DNA from: an uncultured Verrucomicrobiota bacterium
GTDB lineage: Bacteria; Verrucomicrobiota; Verrucomicrobiia; Limisphaerales; UBA1319
DNA: 64,000 nt
Assembly (NCBI GenBank): GCA_903845125.1
Contig: CAIMWS010000344.1
Span: forward strand, 24,290-88,289
Reading direction: 5' to 3'
Positions 28,407 through 36,870 of this stretch are shown one piece after another (within the stretch, counting starts at the first letter, position 1; each line of letters opens with the position of its first letter). The notes under the pieces were generated by a model. That model did no database searches. It had not been told where the DNA came from and saw only the letters and a program-made list of their open reading frames with translations. Both the position numbers and the translations under genes were made by a program.

Positions 28407-29109
28407 TTGGAGTCAGGTAAAGCCAGACCATGGGCAAAACAGCAGCAGCAACCCCTTGGCTGGCGAATAAAAAACAATAAGCAAGGAGCGGCTGACAGGG
28501 CGCAATCATTCACCCAGCACCCCCACCGCCCGGTGACCTTACTTTGAGATGGTTCCTGGCGCAAGCGTGCTGAGTAAGCACCTCCGCGATTTTGGCGTGA
28601 ATCAGGTTCCGGATTCCCCCCGCTATTGGGAGGGGGATGGTCGGGCTTGCCGACCGCGAAAACGCGGGAAAAATCCACGCATGCAGGGGAAACCGTGTCC
28701 GGCCAGGCGGAAACACGCGTGGAAACTGCACTCCAGCTGATATAGAAGTGCTTATTCAATAAACAATGGATGCTTATGTTAATGCTGGCATCGAAAATGC
28801 TATAGAAATTGCTATGAACAATCGGCCCAATCTTGTGGGGGTGGCCAAGACGACCATGCTGGCCGTCTTGGCCAAACGCCGGGGCAGGCGGTTTCCGCCC
28901 GCGGCGAAGCCATCTGACTGCAAAATTGCGAATCCGCCAGGCGGCGGAAAAGCAGGTGCCTCTGGCATCTTTCCTGCTCAATGATGGGTCCGGCCCAAGG
29001 GGAATCCGCTTGGAATTTTGTGTTTCGCAAACGGGGGAATTGGTTTACTTTGCTTCGTCTGTGGTGGTTGGGCAGGAAAGGGGCTGGAGCCGCCGCCCGG
29101 GCACGCTGA

Positions 29110-29376
29110 ATGAACATGGAACAGTATTTGGAATATATGGGTGATTTGGACCTGAGCAACGAACACTTGGAAACGTGCGTTGCTTGTGGCCGACGCTTTC
29201 CCTTGATGGAATTGCAGTTGGACGGGGATGGCCAGTTCCGCTGCGCGAAGGACAGCCAGGGGGCCAATCCCGCCACGGTGGCCCAGGCCAACAAGATGCT
29301 GGTCGACCATTACGGACGCAAACCCGGCCCGGCGCCCAGCTTGAAAACCGGCCGTCCAGGATGGGGCAGACGCTGA
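29110..29376 (+). CDS. small hypothetical protein with CxxC...C motif (88 aa)
   Basis: MNMEQYLEYMGDLDLSNEHLETCVACGRRFPLMELQLDGDGQFRCAKD.... The N-terminal half has reasonable composition, but the C-terminal tail is G/P/R-rich and abuts the convergent RmlD-like gene. Confidence 0.3.
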   Translation: MNMEQYLEYMGDLDLSNEHLETCVACGRRFPLMELQLDGDGQFRCAKDSQGANPATVAQANKMLVDHYGRKPGPAPSLKTGRPGWGRR

Positions 29377-29381
29377 TCCGG

Positions 29382-30239
29382 CTAAAACTCCGCCGTTGGA
29401 TTGGCCGCCAGCCATTCCCCAAGGCCGGGCAGCTGGAAAGGCAAAAGGGCTTGGATTTTGGCGCAATTCAGGGAGGTGTCCGGCGCCCGGGGAGGTCCTT
29501 CGTATTGACGCAGGGAGCCAGCCTCGATCCGGGGATGCAACTGCGGCCAGCGATCTGCCACCAACCGGCCGATTTCCCAGCGGGAAAGACGCGCACTGCC
29601 CGCGAGATGAAATAAACCGCAAGCTCCGGAGGCGGCCAGGCTCCATACCGCCCGGGCGGTGACCGCCGCCGGCAAAGGCGCGCGGTATTCGTCCGTGAAC
29701 AGCCGCAGGACGCGGCCAGCCAGCCAGCCCCGGCGCATTTCTTCATTGAAGCCGCGATCTCCCGTGGGCGAAGTCCCGCCATTGAGCGAAGTGCGGATCA
29801 CCGTGTGCCGGGGATTTTCCAGCACCATCCGCTCCGCCACAGCCTTGGTTTCACCGTAAACATTCAAGGGATTCACCGCCGCTGATTCGTCGTAAAAGCC
29901 GGTTTTTCCGTCGAACACGAGGTCCGTGGAAAAAAACAGGAACGGAATATTCGCCGCCACGCCAGCCAGCCTCTGCGTGGCCTCCACATTCACCTGGCGC
30001 GCCAGGGCAGGGGAGGCCTCGCAAGCGGGGCTTTTGCTCATCGCTGCGCAATGGATGATGAGCTGGGGCGGGCGGGTTTCAAAATATTCCTTTACCGCCG
30101 TTGGATCCACTAGGTTCAGGCGCTGGCGGGTCAAAGGCTCGATTTGGAAATTGGGCGCGAATTGCCCAGCCAGCGCCACCAGTTGGTGGCCGATCAAGCC
30201 GCCCGCTCCCGTTATCCAAGCCAGGGGCCGTGGTTTCAT
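29382..30239 (-). CDS. RmlD-like NAD(P)-dependent reductase (dTDP-4-dehydrorhamnose reductase family SDR)
   Basis: Contains ITGAGGLIGHQL (Rossmann), IIHCAAMSK, FFSTDLVFDG and NVYGETKAVAE (Y-x3-K). Confidence 0.8.
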   Translation of the reverse strand: MKPRPLAWITGAGGLIGHQLVALAGQFAPNFQIEPLTRQRLNLVDPTAVKEYFETRPPQLIIHCAAMSKSPACEASPALARQVNVEATQRLAGVAANIPFLFFSTDLVFDGKTGFYDESAAVNPLNVYGETKAVAERMVLENPRHTVIRTSLNGGTSPTGDRGFNEEMRRGWLAGRVLRLFTDEYRAPLPAAVTARAVWSLAASGACGLFHLAGSARLSRWEIGRLVADRWPQLHPRIEAGSLRQYEGPPRAPDTSLNCAKIQALLPFQLPGLGEWLAANPTAEF

Positions 30240-30281
30240 GGCCTGACGAAGGAGGGCCTGGAATCAGGGGCATTCATGGCC

Positions 30282-30905
30282 TCAGGGAACCAGCGTCGCA
30301 CGGTATCGCCGCTTTTTGTTGAGCGGGGATCCGGCATCCATGAAATAGGCGGGATTGTTGCTCAGGGTCAGCAGGCCCAAAAGCTGCCATTGGTTGGTGT
30401 CCCCGGTGGCCTCGGCATATTCCACACGGTAAACACTCCCCGTCTTGCCCGCCACCACCACGCCGGCACACAGGCGCAGATCCAATACCGCCAGGTGGGC
30501 GATGACCGCGCTGGCGGTGCCCCCGGCATCCGTGACTTTCACCGAGTAGGTTCCCGCCTGCTCCGGTTGGATGCCGGGCAGGTGCAGCGTGCCGTTGGTG
30601 GCTCCCGGCAGGTCGCTGCCGTTTAATTGCCATTGGAACTGCAAGGGGGTTTTTCCGGTGGCGGCGGCTTCCAAGACCGTTTCGGCGCCCAGTTGCACGG
30701 TTTGAAACCGGCCCGGAGTCAGAATGACCGGCCCGGATGAAGGGGGTTCATTGGCCACCGCCAGCCTGCCGGGGCCGGCCGCGTCGGAGGCTTCCCGGCC
30801 AATATCGCGTGGGGCAGCCGCCGGAAGTGCCTGGGCCGCAAAGCACCCGGCTGCCAGCGCCAGACCCAACCCCAAGCGCAGCCGCCGGACGTTTCTCCAG
30901 CTCAT
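30282..30905 (-). CDS. secreted Ig (I-set)-domain protein with C-terminal W...RYR module
   Basis: ATG 30905 gives MSWRNVRRLRLGLGLALAAGCFAAQA. The Ig I-set segment is LQFQWQLNGSDLPGATNGTLHLPGIQPEQAGTYSVKVTDAGG. The terminal module is YRVEYAEATGDTNQWQLLG...FMDAGSPLNKKRRYRATLVP. Confidence 0.65.
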   Translation of the reverse strand: MSWRNVRRLRLGLGLALAAGCFAAQALPAAAPRDIGREASDAAGPGRLAVANEPPSSGPVILTPGRFQTVQLGAETVLEAAATGKTPLQFQWQLNGSDLPGATNGTLHLPGIQPEQAGTYSVKVTDAGGTASAVIAHLAVLDLRLCAGVVVAGKTGSVYRVEYAEATGDTNQWQLLGLLTLSNNPAYFMDAGSPLNKKRRYRATLVP

Positions 30906-31221
30906 ATTGTTAAAACTCCTGCTGATAACCGCCGGGCCGGTTTGGGCCGGTCCTGGACACCCTTTGGCGCCGGACCAAACCGGCTGGCATATATCCATTA
31001 AAGGCCATCGCGGCACGGAGTCAAATCCCCAATTTGCCCATCCCAGCCGCCCGCTACCCTGTGTTTGGGCGGACTTCCCGGCGGCTGCCGCACTCGAATT
31101 TACAGGATTTCACACTTGCCAAGGTAATTATTTCCATTAGATAATTAGATTCCGACAAGAGGAGAATCAGGCCGGCGATTTTTCCATGGCCGGCTTGGGG
31201 CATTCCCAACCGAATTAATAT

Positions 31222-33636
31222 ATGAAATCAGGTGTCAGACAAAAGGCTTGCTGCGCATCAGTGATGGTGATGGTCTTTTGCACGGTGCAAACAACCGCCC
31301 AAACCAAAACGGTGGTCATTGGCTGGAACGACCTGGGCATGCATTGTATGGATGGCCGGGACGAGTCCGTTTTTTCCCTGCTGCCACCCTTTAACACGAT
31401 TCACGCGCAGGTGATCCAGGATGGCAAGTTGGCCACCGGCACGAACAGCCTGGCGGCCACCTATGAAGCGGTGGCTGACCCGCAGGGATCCATCAACACC
31501 ACCTCCCAGGGGAAGGTGAATTTCTGGAATTTTGCGCCGGTTCTGTTCGGCACGAACCTGGCGCCGGACCTGGGATTGGGCGGTTACGCGATGCCGGGCC
31601 CCGGCAACCACCCGCAAAAAATGGGTTTCAGTTCCGCCCTCAAATGGTTCTCGGCCGAAGGCATCCCGATCGTGCCCTACGATGACGCCGGGCAAAATAA
31701 CCCCTACCCGATGCTGCGGCTCACGGCCCGCAACGCCGCCGGGACCGGCCTGGCCCAGGCGGACATCGTGCTCCCCGTCTCGGACGAGATGGATTGCCGT
31801 ACCTGCCATCAATCCGGCGCTTCGCCCGAAGCCAAACCAAGGGGAGGCTGGGCATGGCACTATGACCGCCAAAAGGATTACAAACTGAATATTTTGCGCC
31901 TGCACGACGAACACCTCCAATTCTACAACTATTATGCCGGCCACCTGGCTCAGGCCGGGTACGACACCAACGGTTTGTATGCGACCGTGCAACAGGGCCA
32001 ACCGATTCTGTGCGCGCGCTGCCACCAATCCAACGCCTTGCCCGGCTCTGGCCACAGCCGGTTGACGCCGCTGACCCAGGCCATCCACAACCGCCACACC
32101 TATGTGAGCGATCCCACGACCGGCATGGTTCTGAATGCCTCCGACAACCGTTCGGCTTGCTACCGGTGTCACCCAGGTTCCGACACCCGCTGCCTGCGCG
32201 GGGCGATGGGCTCGGCGGTGGGGCCGGATGGCCGCCTGGCGATGCAATGCCAAAGCTGCCATGGCGCCATCAGCCGGGTGGCTGCGGCCAGCCGCACGGG
32301 CTGGCTGGACGAGCCGCAATGCCAGAACTGCCACACCGGTGACGCCGTCACCAACCGCGGCCTGCTGCGATACACCTCGGTTTTCGACGCCTCCAACCAG
32401 GTGCGGCAGGCGGCCAGCACCCGGTTCGCCACCCAGACCAATGTGCCATCCACCGGCTTTTCCCTCTACCGGTTCTCCCAGGGGCACGGGGGCCTGGCTT
32501 GTTCGGCGTGCCATGGGCCGCCGCACGCGGAATATCCTTCCAGCGAGCCCAACGACAATGTTCAAAGCCAGGCTCTGCAGGGGCATGGGGGCACGGTGAG
32601 CGAATGCACCGTCTGCCACCCGGCCATGCCCAACACGGCCAACGGCGGTCCCCACGGCTTGCATGCCATCGGGCAGGCCTGGGTGGGCGCGCATCCCGGT
32701 TACGCCGAGCGCAACGGCACCGCCACCTGCAAGCCTTGCCATGGCGCGGATTACCGTGGAACGGTGCTTTCGCAAGCCCTGGCGGACCGGACCTTGAGCG
32801 CCATGGGAACCAAGCGTTTCTGGCGCGGATTCCAGATCGGCTGCTACACCTGCCATAACGGACCGAGCAATGACAATGCCAACCCCAATCGGGCTCCCGC
32901 GGTCCAAAATGTCAGCCTTCAAACCACTTACAGCCAGTCAGCCACGGTGAACCTGGGCGGCACGGATGCGGATGGCAATACCCTGGTTTTCCGCATCGTC
33001 ACGCAGCCGGTTCACGGCACGGTGGGACTCTCCAACCGCGTGGCGACTTATTACCCGGAAACCGGTTACACCGGGGCCGACTCCTTCACTTTTGCGGCGC
33101 GCGACGGCTCCACGGATTCCAACCTGGGAACCGTGAATGTGACCGTGACGGCCGGGCTTTACACTTTGGAAAGCTCCGTGCTGGCTCCCACCCAGGCGGC
33201 CGCCCGGCAAATGATTCCCTTCTGGGCCAGGTTGAAAACCAGCGCCCCCTCGGTGCCGGTGGAATTCAACTGGGACTTCGGAGATAACACCGCCCCGGGC
33301 CGGGATCAGTATGCGACGCACCTTTATGCCGCCGCGGGCGTCTACCAATGGCAGTTGGTGGCCAAGGCTGGCGGCCTCTCCTCCACCAACCAGGGCACCG
33401 TGGAGGTCAGCGCGGTCCAGGATGCTCCGGTCCTCCAGGCCGACCGGCAAGGCAGCCAGTTGGTGTTAAGCTGGCCCGGATCGTTGACCGGCTTCATCCT
33501 GCAATCCACCAGCGTGCTGGGCCCGCAAGCAGCCTGGTTGCCCGCGCCTGAACCGGCGGTCCTGACCGGCGGCCAATACCGCTCGACCAATCAATTCGGC
33601 AATCAGCCCCGGTATTTCCGGCTGGCGCGGCCGTGA
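31222..33636 (+). CDS. secreted nine-haem c-type cytochrome fused to cadherin/Ig-like, PKD-like and W...FYRL modules
   Basis: 804 aa. There are nine CxxCH motifs: CRTCH, CARCH, CYRCH, CQSCH, CQNCH, CSACH, CTVCH, CKPCH and CYTCH. These are followed by DADGNTLVFRIVTQPVHGTVG...YTGADSFTFAARDGS, then FNWDFGDNTAPGRDQYATHLYAAAGVYQWQL, then ...LVLSWPG...PRYFRLARP. Confidence 0.85.
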   Translation: MKSGVRQKACCASVMVMVFCTVQTTAQTKTVVIGWNDLGMHCMDGRDESVFSLLPPFNTIHAQVIQDGKLATGTNSLAATYEAVADPQGSINTTSQGKVNFWNFAPVLFGTNLAPDLGLGGYAMPGPGNHPQKMGFSSALKWFSAEGIPIVPYDDAGQNNPYPMLRLTARNAAGTGLAQADIVLPVSDEMDCRTCHQSGASPEAKPRGGWAWHYDRQKDYKLNILRLHDEHLQFYNYYAGHLAQAGYDTNGLYATVQQGQPILCARCHQSNALPGSGHSRLTPLTQAIHNRHTYVSDPTTGMVLNASDNRSACYRCHPGSDTRCLRGAMGSAVGPDGRLAMQCQSCHGAISRVAAASRTGWLDEPQCQNCHTGDAVTNRGLLRYTSVFDASNQVRQAASTRFATQTNVPSTGFSLYRFSQGHGGLACSACHGPPHAEYPSSEPNDNVQSQALQGHGGTVSECTVCHPAMPNTANGGPHGLHAIGQAWVGAHPGYAERNGTATCKPCHGADYRGTVLSQALADRTLSAMGTKRFWRGFQIGCYTCHNGPSNDNANPNRAPAVQNVSLQTTYSQSATVNLGGTDADGNTLVFRIVTQPVHGTVGLSNRVATYYPETGYTGADSFTFAARDGSTDSNLGTVNVTVTAGLYTLESSVLAPTQAAARQMIPFWARLKTSAPSVPVEFNWDFGDNTAPGRDQYATHLYAAAGVYQWQLVAKAGGLSSTNQGTVEVSAVQDAPVLQADRQGSQLVLSWPGSLTGFILQSTSVLGPQAAWLPAPEPAVLTGGQYRSTNQFGNQPRYFRLARP

Positions 33637-33792
33637 TCCCCACCAGCGCTTTTGCCCCAGTGCATTGAAAGCGGGTTGGCCGGGCCCACCGCCGGGGCTG
33701 GCCGGCCCGGAGCCGCCGGTGGTGCTCATTATCTCCATTGAAAACGGGGTGGGGAATCCCTATCCTGGAGGTGTGGAAACATTTGTTTTGCC

Positions 33793-34965
33793 ATGAAAGA
33801 ATCCGGGTTCCCATTCCCGGCTATCGTCGGCCAGGACGCCTTGAAAGCCGCCCTGTTGCTCAACGCGGTGGATCCCGCCATTGGCGGGGTTTTGATCCGG
33901 GGGCACAAAGGCACGGGCAAATCCACTGCCGCCCGGGCCTTGGGCAGCCTGCTGCCCGCCATTGAAGTGTTGGAAGGATGCCCGTTCAACTCCAGCCCGG
34001 CGGCCCCTTTTCTGCTGGATGACCTCCGGCCCGGGGGCGCCGCGGTTCAACGCCCGACGCCCTTTGTGGAACTGCCGCTCAATACCACCGAGGACCGCCT
34101 GGTGGGAACCCTGCACCTGGAAAAGGCCCTCGCCACCGGGCGCCGTCAATTCGAGCCCGGCCTGCTCGCCGCCGCCAATCGGGGTATCTTATATGTCGAT
34201 GAAGTCAACCTGCTGGATGACCACCTGGTGGATCTGCTGCTGGACGCCGCCGCTTCGGGCAGGAATTGCGTGGAGCGGGAGGGCATATCCCTGTCGCATC
34301 CCGCCCGGTTCATGCTGGTCGGCACCATGAATCCGGAGGAGGGGGAATTACGGCCCCAGTTCCTGGATCGGTTTGGCTTGTGCGTCACGGTGGAGCAAAT
34401 CACGGATCTGGAGGCCCGCCAGGAAATCCTGCGCCGCCGCCTGGCTTACGAGGCCGATCCGGCACTTTTTGCCACCCTGTGGGACACCGACTGCCAGCTT
34501 TACGCGGAGCAAATCCGGACGGCCCGCCAAAACCTGGCCGCCACCCGCTGGGACGACCGGTTCCTGGAGTGGACCGTCCGCCTTTGCCGGGGATTGGCGG
34601 TGCAAGGCCATCGGGCGGACATCACCTTGCTCAAGACCGCCCGCGCCCATGCGGCATTCCTGGAAAAATCCGAACTCGACCAGGACGATCTGGCGGCGGC
34701 GGCCCGGCTGGCCCTGCCGCATCGCATGCCAGCTTCCCCGCTCGCCTCGCCCCTGCTGATGCGCGAGCAGTTGGACCGCGCCTTGAAGCAGCTTTTCACG
34801 GGCCAAGCCGACCCGGAAGAGGCCGATTCCGGGGAGCCGTCGGAAGACTTGGAGGATCTGGCTCAAACCATGCAAATCCCCGGGGCCTGCGCCGCCGGCA
34901 GCATTGTCCTGGCCTTCTTAAAAAAAAAGAGCTTGAGACAGCCATCCAGCCCGATCTGCAAATAA
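33793..34965 (+). CDS. ChlI/BchI-like AAA+ ATPase (Mg-chelatase subunit I family), zero-frame product
   Basis: The N-terminus FPFPAIVGQDALKAALLLNAVDPAIGGVLIRGHKGTGKSTAARAL is diagnostic of ChlI/BchI. Walker B is ILYVDEVNLLDDHLVD, with FMLVGTMNPEEGELRPQFLDRFG. The C-terminus has an acidic linker, then FLKKK over an A9 run, and a stop 12 codons later. Confidence 0.85.
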   Translation: MKESGFPFPAIVGQDALKAALLLNAVDPAIGGVLIRGHKGTGKSTAARALGSLLPAIEVLEGCPFNSSPAAPFLLDDLRPGGAAVQRPTPFVELPLNTTEDRLVGTLHLEKALATGRRQFEPGLLAAANRGILYVDEVNLLDDHLVDLLLDAAASGRNCVEREGISLSHPARFMLVGTMNPEEGELRPQFLDRFGLCVTVEQITDLEARQEILRRRLAYEADPALFATLWDTDCQLYAEQIRTARQNLAATRWDDRFLEWTVRLCRGLAVQGHRADITLLKTARAHAAFLEKSELDQDDLAAAARLALPHRMPASPLASPLLMREQLDRALKQLFTGQADPEEADSGEPSEDLEDLAQTMQIPGACAAGSIVLAFLKKKSLRQPSSPICK

Positions 34966-35783
34966 GCTGCGCGGAATTGGACCTGGAGGATCTGGCCCCG
35001 GGGGGATTGGACCCCGCCCGCCGATCCCGGGTCCGGATCGCCTCCCGTACGGGTCGTTACCTCAAAGCCGGTCCCATCAAGGCCGGGGAGCACGGCTTTG
35101 ACCTCGCCTGGGCTGCCACTTTGCGCGCCTCCGCGCTGCGCCGCGTGGTCGAATCAAGCTTGGATTCCCGGGTAATCCGGGCCGATTGGCGTAAAAAATT
35201 GCGCTATCGGACGTGCGACCGCCTTCTGGTGTTCGTGGTGGATGCCTCGGATTCCATGGCCACCCGTTTGCACCAAAGGCTCCGGGCTGCCAAAGGAGCC
35301 GTCCTGGCCATGTTGCACCAAGCCTATCAAAAACGGAATCAGGTGGCTTTGGTGGCCTTCGGCGGGGAACGCGCCACCGTGGTTTTACCCCCCACCCATA
35401 GCATCCACCTGGCCAGGGAACGGCTGGCGTGGCTGCTAGCAGGCGGTGCCACCCCGCTCGCCATGGGCCTGTTCACATCCTGGCAACTTATTCGCAATGA
35501 AAGGCTTAAACACCCGGAAATCAAACCTACCCTCATCCTGCTCTCGGATGGGGAAGCCAACGTTCCCCTGATTCCGGGCAATCCCCCCTGGGTTGAAGTC
35601 CTGAATCTGGCCGGCCAAATTCGCCAGGACCAAGTGTCCTCGGTGGTTGTGGATGTGGCGAACCGTTGGCATAAATCACCGGTTTTGGATAAACTCGCCG
35701 CCGCACTCGGTTCCCGGCAAATTCATTTGGCGGAAATCAAAGCGAAATATATCGTTAAAGCTGTCGCCGATGTCGCCTTTTAA
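34929..35783 (+). CDS. von Willebrand factor A (vWA) domain region, ChlD C-terminal-like; start unresolved (no ATG) and probably expressed as a fusion with 33793..34929
   Basis: In the -1 frame relative to the ChlI-like ORF: ...RRSRVRIASRTGRYLK...LLVFVVDASDSMA (MIDAS DxSxS)...VALVAFGGERATVVLPPT...GGATPLAMGL...ILLSDGEANV. There is no in-frame ATG between 34266 and the MIDAS motif. The track ORF upstream of 34929 overlaps the ChlI frame and looks non-coding. Confidence 0.7.
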   Translation, partial: ELETAIQPDLQISCAELDLEDLAPGGLDPARRSRVRIASRTGRYLKAGPIKAGEHGFDLAWAATLRASALRRVVESSLDSRVIRADWRKKLRYRTCDRLLVFVVDASDSMATRLHQRLRAAKGAVLAMLHQAYQKRNQVALVAFGGERATVVLPPTHSIHLARERLAWLLAGGATPLAMGLFTSWQLIRNERLKHPEIKPTLILLSDGEANVPLIPGNPPWVEVLNLAGQIRQDQVSSVVVDVANRWHKSPVLDKLAAALGSRQIHLAEIKAKYIVKAVADVAF

Positions 35784-35985
35784 AGTTACCCCAATGAACT
35801 ATTTGAAAGTTACTTGCGATCCGGCTTGGTCGCAGATAGGATATGGGCAGGTGGTCTAACTGGGCAGGGGGCCGGGAAATTTTGAAAAATGCCGTAAAAA
35901 GTTAAATATCCGGTTGACATCCTCGTCTCAGTGCTTAGACTTGGCGCAAAGTGTTTGTGGAAACTGTACCTATTGGATTAAAATT

Positions 35986-36798
35986 ATGAAACGCGAGAGA
36001 AGCCTTTTTCTGAAATGGGCAGCTTATGGCGCCGCTCTTTTTATTGCGTCAGCAGCCATAACTGCCGAAGCTCAAAGCAAGTCCGGGTCCGCCAAAGTTC
36101 AGTCTGTCCGGGGAACCGCACAATTTCAAGAGGCGGGTGGCCAGTGGGCGAATCTAACCGTGGGTAAAATCCTCGGGCCCGGAGCCGTGATCAAAACCGC
36201 CCTGGGCTCCGTCGTGGATCTCTATTTGAAGCAAAACGGGCCGGTGGTGCGGGTAACTGAAGATACCACCCTTTCCCTTGAAAAACTGCTTTATGATGAA
36301 ACCGCCGATGGCGCCGTGATTCAAACCTTGCTCGACCTCAAAAACGGCCGGATTCTGGGGAACGTAAAGAAATTGGCTTCTGCCTCCAAATACGAGGTTA
36401 AGATTCCTACGGGCACGGTTGGTATTCGTGGCACTACTTACGACATCAGCACCCGGGGTATCGTGCATGTGTTCCAAGGCTCGGTCTTGATCACCTTGAC
36501 GGGTGCCAACGGAGTAGTTACGTGGAGTGGCACCGTGAACGCGGGTCAGACCTTCACCGCCGGTGTTGCCGGTGCCCCGCCGACCGTCGGTCCCACCCCC
36601 ACCGGGGTAACCCAGCAGGGAACTGTCTTCCGGGATGTGGTGAACACAATTTTGACGGACAATGGTGAAACCATCACGGTAACACCCACGACTCCCACTG
36701 GGACTCCGACCGGCGAGACCACGACGCCTCCCGACCAAAATCCGCCGAACCCGCCGACGTCACCCATCAGCCCTGGTGGCAATCCGCCGCCCCAGTAA
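35986..36798 (+). CDS. secreted FecR-domain protein with Thr/Pro-rich tail
   Basis: ATG 35986 gives MKRERSLFLKWAAYGAALFIASAAITAEA. The FecR-like beta segment is VRGTAQFQEAGGQWANLTVGKILGPGAVIKT...VKIPTGTVGIRGTTYDI. The C-terminal tail is TPTTPTGTPTGETTTPPDQNPPNPPTSP. Confidence 0.75.
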   Translation: MKRERSLFLKWAAYGAALFIASAAITAEAQSKSGSAKVQSVRGTAQFQEAGGQWANLTVGKILGPGAVIKTALGSVVDLYLKQNGPVVRVTEDTTLSLEKLLYDETADGAVIQTLLDLKNGRILGNVKKLASASKYEVKIPTGTVGIRGTTYDISTRGIVHVFQGSVLITLTGANGVVTWSGTVNAGQTFTAGVAGAPPTVGPTPTGVTQQGTVFRDVVNTILTDNGETITVTPTTPTGTPTGETTTPPDQNPPNPPTSPISPGGNPPPQ

Positions 36799-36829
36799 AT
36801 GAAAACCGGTTAGGTAGAGTTTTTAAACG

Positions 36830-36864
36830 AAACCCAGAGTGGTGCCAAACCGCTCTGGGTTTTT
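36830..36864 (+). terminator. Rho-independent terminator-like hairpin between the FecR gene and the cyclase gene
   Basis: AAACCCAGAG (36830-36839) pairs with CTCTGGGTTT (36853-36862) across a structured 13-nt loop and runs into TTTTT (36860-36864). The cyclase ATG is at 36871. Confidence 0.6.
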
Positions 36865-36870
36865 GGCTTC

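Noticed and set aside
28640-28735. Superficial resemblance of CACGCAUGCAGGGGAAACC...GCACUCC to the c-di-GMP-I (GEMM-I) riboswitch
   Set aside because: The conserved GACGCAAAGC segment and the tetraloop-receptor arrangement are absent. No gene lies suitably downstream. I treat it only as an unclassified structured region.
34266-34928. Upstream 220 codons of track ORF 34266..35783 (MRGAGGHIPVASRP...)
   Set aside because: It overlaps the well-supported ChlI-like frame in another phase and is G/P/R-rich. Only the part after the A-run (34929 onward) carries vWA motifs.
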